Positions 25,311 through 37,740 of a stretch of DNA of 64,000 nucleotides are shown in pieces. The notes beneath the pieces were generated by a model. The model searched no databases and was not told the DNA's origin. It saw only the letters and a list, made by a program, of their open reading frames with translations. The position numbers were made by a program, and so were the translations under genes. Source of the DNA: Mobula hypostoma (Eukaryota); the NCBI RefSeq assembly GCF_963921235.1, contig NC_086097.1, forward strand, positions 3,472,001 through 3,536,000, read 5' to 3'. The number at the start of each line of letters is the position of its first letter. Position 1 is the first letter of the stretch.

Positions 25311-27059
25311 AAATAACAATAAATAAACAATAATATTTTAATTCTGCTTTATGATTTTCAACAGGAGAGGGAAGCCCAGAGCCGGTGTTATATCCTTGTC
25401 CCCATCAGCAGGACAGGGAAGCCCAGAGAAGGGTGCAAGGCAGTATTACATTAAGCCCAGTTTAATACCATCTCCAGTAAAACCTTCCGGTAAGATGGCA
25501 GCACATTCAGTCACAGTGGCTTCTGCAGGGTCAACAATAAATGCTACTGTCGTATTGAATCTTAATTTTAATGATCGCACGATTCTGCTGTCAATTAAGA
25601 AGTTAAAGTACTGTAGGTCTACCTCATCAGCGAGTTGCTCGTTGGCAGAGATAATGAAGGAGCTGCACAATGTGCTCCTGCCTGAGTCTAAGGAGGCAAC
25701 CTGTCTAATAGCGAGTGACCATCTTGGTTGATTTTCTTGTGATTACAAGACCCAGTTGGGCATTGTTAATATGGTATGCCGCAAGTTGGATTTACTAATT
25801 TATTGGTGTAGGGCGGGGCGGATGGCAGGAGAGCAGTGTAGCCTCAGTCATAGCAACGACTAGGCCTCCAGCCATAGTGTCGCCTGTTTACACAGTATAT
25901 ATATATTTTTACATGGTTGTATTTTACTGATACCCTATATGTGTTTGCTATCTTGTACATGCAAGGACTCGGCTTCAAGACACGATGCTGCCTGTTTATA
26001 GCCACCACTGGAGAGTTGTCAGAGCCGGTGCGCTCCACCAGGGGCAGTGCGGCACAGTGTTCAGGCTGGAGTCGGAGCGGTCTCCCAGGTGTTTGTCCGG
26101 CACAAGACAAGCTGTGTTGTGGTCCATTGCAGATCTCTGTGGCATTCGATGGCTTGAGCTTGGACTCCTTTACTGCACGGCTGCATCCCTCTATCTTACA
26201 GTGCTTTGTGTGCTTTGTGCTGTGTGTGACTGTTGGTATTGTGTTTTGCACCTTGACCTGAGTAACTCAGCATCTACAGAAATGAATAAACGGTCAACAT
26301 TTTGGGCCGAGACCCTTCTTCAGGACATATTCTTTAAAGCTTTCCTTGATTGAAATGTGTTGAAGAGCACCAAGGCATGAAAGAGAAGCCCAGCCAAATC
26401 TTCACAGAGATTTATGGATAGGCAGTAAGACCATGAGACATTGGAGCAGAATTAGACCATTCAGCCCATCGAGTCTGCTCTGCATTCCATCATGGCTGAT
26501 TTATTATCTCTCAACCCCATTCTGCTGCCTTTTTCCTGTAACCTTTGACACCCTGACTAATCAAGAATCTATCAACTTCCGCTTTAAGTGTACCCAATGA
26601 CCTGGCAATGAATTTCACAGATTCACTGCCCTCTGGCTAAAGAAATTCCTCCTCATCTCTGTTCTAAATGAATGTCCCTCTATTCTGAGACTGCGGCCTC
26701 TTGTTCCCACTATAGGAAACATCCTCTCGACATCCACTCTCTCTGGTCATTTCAATATTTGAAGATTCTTCTAAACTCCAGTGAGTACAGGCCCGAAGCC
26801 ATGAAATGTTCATGAGTTAACCCTTTTATTTCCGGAAGCTTTCTAGTGAACTTTCTCCAGACTCACTCCAACTCCACTACGTCTTTTCTGTGTTGGAGGT
26901 TGCCGTCCGATATTTGTTGATTTTGAGTAACAATAGATCTATTAAACGCCTTAAAGCGATGCTGCTTACTGTAGTGTCCATGGTTGACTGGAGATGAACC
27001 TCGGCTATTTTCCTGAATAGTTTTTATTCTTTAAGAGTTGTCCCAAATAAATGGCTGTA

Positions 27060-27430
27060 TGCTAGCTGTTCCTAGTGATGCGCTCTTCTGGACCGAGATC
27101 TCAAATGTTCCCGGGATTTGTTGGAGCCACCTTCCCGGTTCTTGTGTCATAACTCCAAGTGCTTCTAACACCACCGGGATTACTCTGTCCTTCTCAGGCG
27201 TTTCCCATTTGGATTTGGGAGTGTCCAGTCCACAGCCAGCACAGATGTTTCTGAACACAATTCCTGCAACTTGGTTGTTCAGTGTTTGCTGTCCCTGCTG
27301 CTAGGTGGGGGACGGTTTCAGCAGATTCTTTGCAGTCTGCATCTTGGGTCTTGTCTGGTGTGACAGACCCCTGCTTCTATTGGTCTTGTGCTCAGCACCT
27401 ATTCTTGCACAGCCATAAGCAGTGCCTCAT
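27060..27430 (-). mobile_element. R4/Dong-clade non-LTR retrotransposon C-terminal remnant
   Basis: EALLMAVQE..LSTRPIEAG..HTRQDPRCRL, NQVAGIVFRNIC, PVVLEALG..LQQIPG..EISVQKSA.LGTA across ORFs 27399-27827 and 27031-27258. Confidence 0.75.
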
Positions 27431-28232
27431 ATAGATATACTGTATATATAATATATTGTGCTACTGTAAATATTTTATTGTAATTTATATTACACACTGC
27501 ATTGTACTGCTGCTGTGAAATGACAGATTTCGTGGTATATGCCATTGTGATATAGAAGGTCCCTATCGTTATAAACCAGCACATCCTGAACATATCAATA
27601 CTGCTCGGGGAATTTTTCTGGTAATACAGGAAAACGGCACAATGCTTGTTACACTGTTGAATTTGTAATGGGTATGATTTTGTAGTTACAGACTGCTGCC
27701 CACTCCTCTCCAGGAGCTGAACAAAACAATTAAAATTCTGAGATATCCAACTTCTATTCATCTTATAGCAATTAAACAATTTCCTTGAAATGGATAGAAT
27801 AATACCCAATGCGTTGCATGATAGCAAACCTCTGCATTTACAAATCAGTGCATTTTATGTTGTACATACATTGATATGGAATATCTACCAGAGGTGCATA
27901 ATAAAATGCACGCCGAAAAGGAAGTAATACATACAATCTACTGATGGCGATTTTAATTTAACAGTAAACTAACTCAATTTTTTAAGTGAATCAGTAATAG
28001 GACAAAAATCAATTCTACAATAAAACATTTTGAGACTATTTTAAGTTACATGCTACTTAATAGGACTGATAGTACCAAAGTTCAAAGTAAATTTATCAAA
28101 TTTATTACGTGTCACCATAAATACATTTTCTTGCAGGCATTCACAGTAAATCCATAGAACCAATGAAAGACATTGCAGTATGGACAAACACTAATGTGCA
28201 AAGGACAGCAAGATGTACAAATACAAAATAGA

Positions 28233-28274
<42 letters not shown>

Positions 28275-28283
28275 AAAATAATA

Positions 28284-28590
28284 AAGGCATCCGTTAGTCT
28301 TGCAAGACCATGGATCTGCGCCTGGAAAGTCTTCACTCTCCAGGGCGCAGGCCTGGGCAAGGTTGTATGGAAGACTGACAGTTGCCCATCTGCAAGTCTC
28401 CCCTCTCCATGACACCAATGTTGTCCAGGGGAAGGGCATTAGGACCCATACAGCTTGGCACCAGTGTCATCGCAGAGCAATGTGTGATTAAGTGCCTTGC
28501 TCAAGGACACAACACGCTGCCGCGGCTGGGGCTTGAACTCACGACCTTCAGGTCACTAGTCCAATGCCTTAACCACTTGGCCACGTGCCC
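28284..28590 (-). mobile_element. tRNA-derived CORE-type SINE inserted in a (TAA)n tract
   Basis: Minus strand: A box TGGCCAAGTGG, B box GAGTTCAAGCC, then CCTTGAGCAAGGCACTTAA; flanked by ataataataa on both sides. Confidence 0.75.
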
Positions 28591-28879
28591 ATAATAATAA
28601 GTAAGTAAGCAATAAATATGGAGGAGATGAGACAAAGAGTCCTTGAAAGTTTGTGGGAACAGTTCAGTGATTGGGCCAGGGAGTTTAGTGAAATTATCCC
28701 CTCCGGTTCAGGACTCTGATGGTTGAGAGGTAATAGCAGCTGGTATACGTATACATACTTAAAGGCACTGTTTTGCGGAAGGCAACATTAAATCAAGGGG
28801 GAGATACACCGTGGTTTGTCTGAAAGAGAGCCCAGTGAACTTGCAGTGTAGAACAAAGCAGTGTCCATACAGCAGGTAT

Positions 28880-29185
28880 ATACACAAAATACTGGAAGAG
28901 CTCAGCAGGTCAGGCAGCATCTAAGGAAATGAATAAACAGTCGACGTTTCCGTCCGAGACTCTTCACCAGAACCGGAAAGGGAAAGGAAAACAGAATAAG
29001 AAGGTTGGGAAGGGGTAGGAGTACAAACAAGGAGGTGATAGGTGAAGCCAGGTGGGTGGAAGAGGGGAGATGAAGTGAGAAGCTGGGAAGTGATAGATGG
29101 AAAAGGTAGAGGTCTGGAGAAAAAGATGTTGCCTGAACTGCTGAGTGTGTTGTTCTGGCTTTCCAGCATCTGCAGAATCTCGTGT
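28880..29185. mobile_element. Older Penelope-derived fold-back insert
   Basis: Same terminal text (gatgctgcctgacctgctgag..., ttccagcatctgcagaatct) in both orientations. Related copies ~26260-26330, 43770-43990, 45320-45505, 46048-46290, 61190-61335. Confidence 0.75.
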
Positions 29186-32100
29186 TCATATATCTATTTT
29201 CCACTTGAGTTAATTAGGCAAATTACTGTCATTGCACTGTCCTTTATGTATTCAATGCACGAGTTAAATATATTGCACAGAACCTTTATGTGAGAAAACA
29301 TTTTCTCCCTTTGTTTTACATTTGAAGTCAAACATACTTTACATGAAGATCTAATACTTCCATCCACAAGTTAACAGATTGCATGCTTTCTAAAAGCCTT
29401 TGGTAAAGTAAACAATGCCAACGACCTACAAAGGTTACATTGCTACAAAACATCTCTGCAACAACCGCTGATAAAAATAATCAAAATATTAAGCAATCCT
29501 TTGCAATGGGCTTGCTGAGTAGATGCTCACTGTATTTGAATAATGTGCATCTGACACCACAGCATCATCGGATATTTTAAAGGACCAAGTAACTACCAAC
29601 TCAGCTCCATCAGGGGCACTATCCTCTCCAGCATCAAGGGCATCTTCCGAAGGCAATGCCTCAAAAAGGCAGCAACCATCATGAAGGACCCCCATCACCC
29701 AGGACATGCCCTCTTCTCAACGTTACCATCAAGGAGGTGGTACAGGAGTCTGAAGACACACTCAGCAATTTTGGAACAGCTTCTTCCCCTCTGCCATCGG
29801 ATTCTGAGTGGATAATTAACTCATGTACACGACCTCACAGGAATCATGGTTGGGGAAAGTTGAAGGGAGAGGGAGGGAGTGGAAAGCACCAGAGAGACAT
29901 GCTGTGCCTGGTGTCTCAGGGCTGGGTGTGTCTACATTGTGCCAGCCCCTGCCCCTGGCACTCCTTCTCTGCCATCTGCCCCACACCCATCCCACGGCAC
30001 TCCACCGTCGCCATTCCCAAAACTCTTTTCTCCCACCAGATTTACATATATATATATATACACCCAAGACTTCTGCACAGATATCTACTCTTATTGTATC
30101 TTGTAGCTTTTTAATTCTCATGGATTGCAATGCACTGCTGCTGCATAACAATAAATTTCATGCTACATGCCAGTGATATTAAACCTGATTCTGATACAAA
30201 ACAAAATGAGCCAGGCTATGAAAGATATTATACAAGCTGATCCCACCAAAAAAAAATAATCTTGCTGTGTTCATGTCAAACTATCTGCTACATTTCCTTT
30301 ACCATTATGTTAGCAGAGAAAGAATAAACACAGCCCCCAAGTCTGGGATTATTTGACATTACATAATCTCATGATTACAACGGGATAAATCAGTCTGGCC
30401 GTGCACTGATTTGATCTATTGTTAGTGTAGCCAAAAACCTGAGGCGAGCTTTCACTGACAGCTTGCAGTTCACCATTCACAAAGCTCGCCCATGCACTGA
30501 GTGTTTAATAAATCCCACAACATGTCAGTAAATGCAGAGATGGCTTGACCCAAAAGCAGAACAGTGGAGACAACTTAGCAGTAAGTGTTAACTTTAATAA
30601 TAGATGGCAAAACAACAAGCCATGAGGAGCCACAAGAAAGAACACAACAGGCAATGAGGGAAACTTTAGACAGGGAGAAGGAAAGTTAGAAACAACAGCT
30701 TGAGGCCGTCTGGTTTGACGGGTGAACAAGGGCTGTGGATGAGAACTGGGTTAAAGAAGCTGCCAGTGATGAGTCTGGAATGAGTGGCAGGTGAATCCTA
30801 TTAGCTGGGTGAAGACCAGACACAACAAGGATACTCTGATTAGCTGCCAAAATTATAAAAGGAAAACAGAATTGATGTCTGAGAAGAGCTGTGAAGATTC
30901 GCTGGTGGCTGAGGAAGCCTTCAGGTTGGAAATGCCCTGATACACACAGACCGTTTGCTGAGAATCTCTTGTATTTAACCATTTTAGACTGTACACGAAA
31001 ATAATCATAAAATAGGTTACCGACTTTTATTTTCATTACAATAAATGATCATGAATACTATTTTTAACAAACCGTATCGTTTGTTATAATAGGACAGCAG
31101 AGTAGTATAGTGGTTAGCACTGTGCTTTACAGTGTCAGTGAGCTGGAATCAATTCCCGCTGCTGTCTGCACGTTCATGCCACGACCATGCTGGTTCCCTC
31201 CCACAGTTCAAAGGTGTACAGGCTAGCATGTTAATTGGTCATGTGTGTTATTGGGTGGCAGAGTCTCAATGGGCCGGCATGGCCTGTTATCGTTTCTCAG
31301 TTAGCAGCACTGAATAACCTTTCTGGCCCTTCAAACCACGCCACCCAGCAACCCTCGACAACTCTGACTTAACTCTAACTCAGTCACGGGACAATTAATC
31401 AGTACGTCTTTGGACTGTGGGAGGAAACTGGAGGAGGCAGGGAAACCTCACGCACGACACGGGGAGGACCCACAGAGTCTGCTTACAGAGGGCACCAAGG
31501 TTGAACTCGTAACTCCGGAATGCCTGAGCTGTAACAGCGCCACGCAAACCACTACGCTACTTGGCTGCCTTAAATTCTCGAAATTACCTTATCTCCAAAT
31601 TAAAATTAAATTAAATCTCAGCGATATTCATTATAGCAAAAATACATCCCAACAACTAGGATTTGAATTGTATAAAATATATGTTTATAGAAATTTTAGA
31701 AAATATGACCTACAGCCTAGTATAGTCATTATAAAGATGTTTGCTCTTAAAATAATCACAGTAAAGCTTATGAAGTGGCTCCCCTGATTTCAATGTTTTC
31801 ACAAATGCAAATGGACCTTGGTTGAAGAATTGTGAGCAAATTTAATTTTTTATTACTGTACTTATTTATCATAGAGTCATAGAACACAGAAACAGGCCTT
31901 TCAGCCCATCTCGTCCATGCCAAGCCATTAACCTGCCTACTCCCATTGACTTGCACCCAGACCACATCCCTCCTTTCCACGTACTTATCCAAATTTCTCT
32001 TAATTGTTGAAATCGAGCCTGCATCTGCCACTTGTACTGGCAGCTCAATCTACACTCTCACCACTGTCTGAGTGAAGTTCCCCTTCATGTTCCCCTTGAA

Positions 32101-32496
32101 CATTTCACTTTTCATCTTTAACCCATGACCTCTAGTTATAGTCCCACCCAACTTCAGTGCCTGCTTAGATTTACCCTATCTATAGCACTCATAATTTTGT
32201 GTACCTCTATCAAATCTCCCCTCCCCAATCAGCAATACAAACAATCAAAATCCTAACTCAACTAACCCTAAGATAACCAAAGGGTCTCCTACTGTGCTCA
32301 GTCTCACAGTATTGTAAAACTTTATTTCAAAAGATGTGCCTTTGTTGCAGTTGCCGAGTGGAAGTGGCCAGCAGTGTCACTAGAAACAGCAAAGGCACAG
32401 GGAGCCTGATCCGAGAGGTCTTGTGAAGTTCAAGTTCAATTATCATTCAACCATACCCATGAAGATAACCAAATGAAACAACATTCTTTCAAGGTT

Positions 32497-32973
32497 GTGC
32501 AAAACACAGTACCAACAGTCACACACAAAGTGCAAAACACAGCACCAACAGTCACACACAAGGTGCAAAACACAGTACTGTACCAACAGTCACACACAGG
32601 GTGCAAAACACAATACCAACAGTCACACACAAAGTGCAAAACACAGCACCAACAGTCACACACAAAGTGCAAAACACAGCACCAACAGTCACACACAAGG
32701 TGCAAAACACAGGACTGTACCAACAGTCACACACAGGGTGCAAAACACAGTACCAACAGTCACACACGGTGCAAAACACAGGACTGTACCAACAGTCACA
32801 CACAGGGTGCAAAACACAGTACCAACAGTCACACACAAGGTGCAAAACACAGCACCAACAGGCACACACAAAGTGCAAAACACAGTACTGTACCAAGTCA
32901 CACACAGGGTGCAAAACACAGTACCAACAGTCACAAATAAAGTGCAAAACACATTACCAACAGTCACACACAA
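32497..32973. repeat. Minisatellite, ~14 units of 32-38 bp (GTGCAAAACACAGTACCAACAGTCACACACAAG)
   Basis: Directly visible tandem units, some with a 5-bp ACTGT insertion; no unique spacers. Confidence 0.97.
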
Positions 32974-33288
32974 GAGCACATCTAATTACGATAGCAGTAA
33001 ACATACAGTCACCAAAAAAAACATTACAGCCCAAGTCTCTCAGCCTTGTCAAATGAAGTCGTAAATTGCAACGAATGTGGTCACGTTCAACATTATATTT
33101 AACCTCGGGCTGATAGTAAACTCGTGACCTTACCGAGGATAGATAAACAGGAAAAGGAAAGGGGGGCATCTTGACTAGTCCAGCTGTCTAGAGTGCTTGG
33201 AGCGGGAGGGATTTTCTCTCCCCCCACTCCCTATCTCTCTCTCACACACACACAAACACGCAGTACAAAGGGTATGCTTTCTACTTAC

Positions 33289-33439
33289 TTGGAGACCCCG
33301 ACTGCCTGGGCGGAGGAGGGGGTGGCGGCGGAGGGGGTAACGGGGGTGGTCGACACGAACAGACCTCATGACAGCTGGTAGTCTCCTCCGTCTCAAACAA
33401 CGACTCCCCGCCTGACTTCTGGAGTTCGCCCTGAGAAAG
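33289..33439 (-). CDS. PRIMA1: PRIMA1 coding exon with the proline-rich attachment domain (PRAD)
   Basis: 151 bp between acceptor ...GCTTAAC...TCTTTGGCAG| and donor |GTAAGT. Translates LSQGELQKSGGESLFETEETTSCHEVCSCRPPPLPPPPPPPPPPRQSGSP, matching the GEPQKS...C..VC.CRPPPPLPPPPPPPPPPR motif I recall from mammalian PRiMA; phase 0 in, phase 1 out. Missed by the ORF track. Confidence 0.92.
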
Positions 33440-33558
33440 CTGCCAAAGAGACTCGCGTTAAGCAGGGCGGACGGAGCCAAAAGACTCACATAAGCAAGTA
33501 TGTAAATAATAATTTATGTTCAGACGGACGCCTGCCGCCCTCTGCACGGGTAACTCAC

Positions 33559-33642
33559 CTGAAATATAAATATCAGAGACATTGTAATGTAGCCATTTAG
33601 CGGACAGGGGATTGGAAGCTGCGGAAGTTCAGCCGCCTGCAT
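33559..33642 (-). CDS. PRIMA1: PRIMA1 first coding exon (signal peptide)
   Basis: ATG at 33642; MQAAELPQLPIPCPLNGYITMSLIFIFQ ends at CAG|GTGAGT (phase 0), in frame with the PRAD exon across a 119-bp intron; acceptor TCACAG| at 33664 gives 21 nt of 5' UTR. Confidence 0.85.
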
Positions 33643-33792
33643 TCTCCACACTCCAGTCCCAACCTGTGACTCAAAGTTAAACTGGACGCGATTCCGAGTT
33701 CGGAGGGCGTTAAGTCTTCCAATCGAATTTCTTCGAAACTCTGATGGGAATGGTTTGAAATTTGTTCCCAAAAGTTCTCCCGGGTGACTCAC

Positions 33793-34050
33793 TCTCCGCG
33801 ACGCGAGGCAGGATGGAGTCTCTTGGTAGAGTTTTTGAACTGCGCGTCCGCAAAATCCCGAATCCCGAGACTCTGCTTCCTCCGCGCTGAAGGATGGGGG
33901 GAGAGAGGGTGCTTTTGAGGCACGCCAGGTCTGTCTTAAGATCCCAGAGCCGGGCTGCGATGCGGGGGTGAAAAGTTCCGAGAACCCCCGGAGCGGAGGC
34001 TTCCGCACGTCTCCGAGCTGCAACAGGCGACGGGCACCCGGAGCGGGGAG
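33793..34050 (-). other. Putative non-coding first exon of PRIMA1 (5' end undefined)
   Basis: Donor GA|GTGAGT at 33792-33787, 129 bp upstream of the exon-2 acceptor, inside the CpG island. TSS not determinable from sequence. Confidence 0.45.
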
Positions 34051-34112
34051 CTGACTGAAGCAGTGGGGCCGTTGAGTGTAGGGGTTCTCCCGGCGCAGCC
34101 ACCCAGTTCGGA

Positions 34113-34152
<40 letters not shown>

Positions 34153-36974
34153 GGGGGGGGGCTATACCTCGGTACAGCTCCTGCCTCTGAGGGACATGTC
34201 TGAACAGCGGCGTCGTTCGCAAGGATCCGTCCACCCTCCCGCCCCTTCTTATCTAACCTTGGTAAACGTAGGAATGACAGCAGGATATTTTTTTTTCTCT
34301 CACACACGCGTCCCGGGAGCTCTGAGATGGGTTTCGCCGTTGTCAGCCCACCCCGGAGCGGGCACGATCATCCCTCGCTCTGGATCTGCGAACAAACTTG
34401 GCTCCGGATCTGGTCTCGGCTCGGCTCGGCACGCTGCAGCGATTTTTCATCCCGGTGTAGCGTGTCCATTGTGCGCTGCCCCTGAGTGAGACACCGCGGC
34501 TCGGATTTATTCCGCTGTCACATCTCCGTTCGGGAGTGAGGCACCGGGACCGAGTCCGTGCTTTTCCACTGCCCACTCCATCTCACAGTTACACTAAGGC
34601 CCTGTTTTCCCTGGTAGAGATCGATCTGAACAGTACCGAAGGCAGACATACACAGTGAACAGACTAGAACCCTTCTGCGCCGTATCTAGTGCCCGCCATG
34701 TTGTATAAATTGCACCATCGTGTCTGCACTGACTGAAGGAACTGTGGACCCACGGCTCTGTAATAGGTAGGACATAGGTGCCGTGACCATTCGGGCCATC
34801 GAGTCTGCTCAGCCATCCTATCGTGGCTGATTTATTATCCCTCTCTACCCCATTTTCCTGTCTTCTCCCCGCAATCTTTCACGCCCTGACTGATTAAGAA
34901 CCTCTGTATTCAATAACTTGGTCTGCACTGTGTTTGTGGCAATGAATTCCACGGATTCTCTACCCTTTGGCTACAGAAATGCCTCCTCAGCTTTATTCTA
35001 AAAGACTGCTCCTCTATTCTGAGACGGCGCCCTCTGGTCCTAGACTCTCCCACTAGGGGAAATATCTCCACATCCATTCTATCCAGACCTTCCAATATTC
35101 GATAGGTTTCAATGAGGTCCCCCCTCATTCTTCTAAACTCCAGCGAGTACAGGCCTAGCGACATCAAACGCTTCTCATCCGATAACCCCTTCATTCCCGG
35201 AATCATTCTCGTGAACCTTCTCTGGACTCTCCAATGTCAACACAAAGGACCCGCAACCGCTCTCAATACTCCAAGTGAGACCTGACTAATGCCTTATCTT
35301 CAGGTACCTGTAAGTTCAGGTACTGTACCAGTAAGTTCAGGTTCCAGTAAGTTCAGGTATTGGAAACATTCCTCTCCATGCTGACCTTTGACAATTCCTT
35401 TGTATCACTGCATTTTTAATACAGCAACAAAAATAAAGCTTTGTATATTAAAGGTGCAGACTTCTCACAATACTTTTTAAGACACGCAGTCTTTTAACTG
35501 GGATTTGTAACTCTTGAAAACATTAGAATGGTAAAGAAAAGTAATGAAAATTGCTAAAACAAGAGTTGCCAAATGAAGAGGAATGGACTAGGTACATGGA
35601 TGGGAGTGGGGGGGGGTATAGAGAGCTGTGGTTTGGATGCAAATTGATGGAACTAGGTACATGGTATTAGGTACATGGATGGGAATGGGAGGGGTATGGA
35701 GAGCTGTGATTCGGATACAAACCGATCGACTAGGGGACTAGGGCTGCTGAAACGGTTTGCACGGACCAGACAGGCCAAAGAGTCTGTCTCCGTGCTGTTG
35801 GTTTCTATTACAGTATTCTGTGACTTGAACAGAAAATGTAGGAAAAAACCTGTGGACAAGGCACTGTGCAGAGAGAGAGTCAATATTCCTGGTGAATGAT
35901 TCTTTAACAGCTCCTCTGCCCAACCAGCTCTGTGTTTTTGGTATTAGTTTTTTTTGTTTCAGATTTATAGCATCTGCAGTTTTTCTATTAATTAGGATTA
36001 CCAACACATTTTTTGCCATTTTACCAAGAATGGTGAGGCTAAAATTGGGGTATTGTGTGCAGTTTTGCTCATTTCTCTACAGGATTAGATTGAAAAAGTG
36101 CAGAGAAAATTTGCAGGGATGGTGCTGGGACTGGAGGACCTGAGGTATGGGGAAAGATTTAATATCATTCCCTGGAACGTAGAAGACTGAGAGGAAGTTT
36201 GAGAGAGGGATACAAAATCATGAGGCATATAGACAGGATAAATAGAAGCAGTCTTTTTTCACTGAGGTTGGGTGAGACTAGAACTAAAGATCATGAGTGA
36301 AGCGTTTAAGGGGAACATGAGGGGAAACTTCACTCAGTGGTAGTGAGAGTGTAGGGTGAGCTGCCAGTGGAGTGATGGATGTGGATTTCGACATTAAGAG
36401 AAGTTTGGATAGTACATGGATGAGTGCGTTGTGGAGGCTGTGGTCCAGGTGCAGGTCAATGGGATTATGCAGACTAATAGTTTGGCATGGACTAGATGGG
36501 CCAAAGGGCCTGTTTTGATGCTGTAGAGTTCTATGACTCTATCACAGTTCTGAACATTTAATTTTCCCTGGTCGCCTTGGCTTCAGGGAAGATGCGACCT
36601 GAGATAAGTTGGCATGATCTGTTGCATGACAATATGCTCCTTTCATTCTGAGCCAATTATTCTTTTGGAACGTTGTTTTAATTTTGCCTTTGTTCTTTTG
36701 GGATTGATGTTTGTCAAAAATATAAGTCTCAGAATTTGAAATGCTTTACTGCGCAAGTTTAAAAAATCCTTTGATTATTAAATGGGTTTTCAGTATTCAG
36801 AAAGCGTGAAATAGACTGATAGACACACTCATGCATTGACCATCTAGGTAATGGTTTCATTAAAATAGTGACAGAACTGTGCATGGCTGGATGGTTTAGA
36901 AGTGGAGTGTGAGTAGTTAGTTTCTGCAATTCTTGTATTACCACAGTTTAATTTGCATTCCCTAGGTGTCCTAG

Positions 36975-37740
36975 AACACAGAACATAGAACAGGAACAGT
37001 CCCCTCAGCCTACAACGTTGTGCCTAACCTATTAAATTTGTAATCAAATGGTGAACTAAACTAATCTCTTCTGCTTACACAATGTCCATATCCCTCCATT
37101 TTCCTCATATTCATGTGCTGACCTAAACATCCCTTAAAAGTCCCGAATGTATCTGCCTTCAACCACCACCCAAGGCAGCACTTCCAGGCACCCACTGCTC
37201 TGTGTCAAAAACCTGCCCCTCACATCTCCTTTGAAACTGCCTCTTCTCACCTTAAATGCGTGCCCTCTGGTATTTGACATTTCACCCCTGGGAAAAGGAT
37301 ACTGTCTGTCTACTCTACCAAGGGTTCCCAGTTGGAATTCATGGACCCCATGCATAGTGGTCTTGGCCCATGACATAAAAAGGTTGGGAAGCCCTGAATG
37401 CCTCTCATAATTTCATAAACCTCTATCAGATCTTCCCTCAGCCTCACTTCTCCAGAGAAAAACAACTCAACTTTGTCCAATCTCTCGTTATGGTTCATGC
37501 TCTCTAATCCAGGCAGCATCCTGGTAAACCTCTTCAGCACTCTCTCCAAAGCCTCAACGTCCTTCCTATAAAAGAGGCGACCAGAACTATATGCAATACT
37601 CCAGGTGTGGCGCAACTAGAGTTTTATAAAGCTGCAACATAACTTCCTGACTTTTGAACTCAGTGCCTTGACTAGTAAATGCAAGCATGCTTTATGCCTT
37701 CTCAATCACCTTATCAATCAGTGTAGCCATTTTCAGACAG
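36975..37740 (-). mobile_element. CR1 LINE 3' fragment containing a tiny hAT-type insert (37319-37396)
   Basis: ORFs 37134-37376 and 37310-37615 (RLREDLIEVYEIMRG). A related plus-strand copy lies at ~44430-45115. Confidence 0.85.

Larger units (their letters stand above)
33290..34700. promoter_or_regulatory. CpG island / PRIMA1 promoter region
   Basis: Transposon-free, GC- and CpG-rich stretch in otherwise CpG-depleted DNA, overlapping the first exons; contains (GT)n + G-run at ~34113-34161. Confidence 0.8.

Noticed and set aside
25373..25488. Plus-strand AG...GT exon-like segment
   Set aside because: The apparent donor is the TTCCGGTAAGATGG head of a repeat; no recognisable product or partner exons.
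27740..27827. Possible PRIMA1 transmembrane exon (contains CYK on the minus strand)
   Set aside because: No long hydrophobic stretch and no convincing splice sites; the exon probably lies left of the window.
32497..32973. CRISPR-like array, or Cys/His/Thr-rich repeat proteins in the ORF track
   Set aside because: Units are contiguous with no unique spacers and no cas genes, in eukaryotic context; the ORFs are translation artefacts of the minisatellite.
33175..33489. ORF-track protein MSLLAPS... and the ATG at ~33369 as the real coding frame
   Set aside because: A different frame between canonical splice sites gives the recognisable PRiMA PRAD; this ORF runs through splice junctions.
34455..34560. 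REST/RE1-like sites in the neuronal gene promoter
   Set aside because: Too many mismatches to TTCAGCACCACGGACAGCGCC in both half-sites.
35310..35700. Short local duplications (cagtaagttcaggt x3; ctaggtacatgg x3)
   Set aside because: Ordinary slippage at decayed repeat edges; no further structure.
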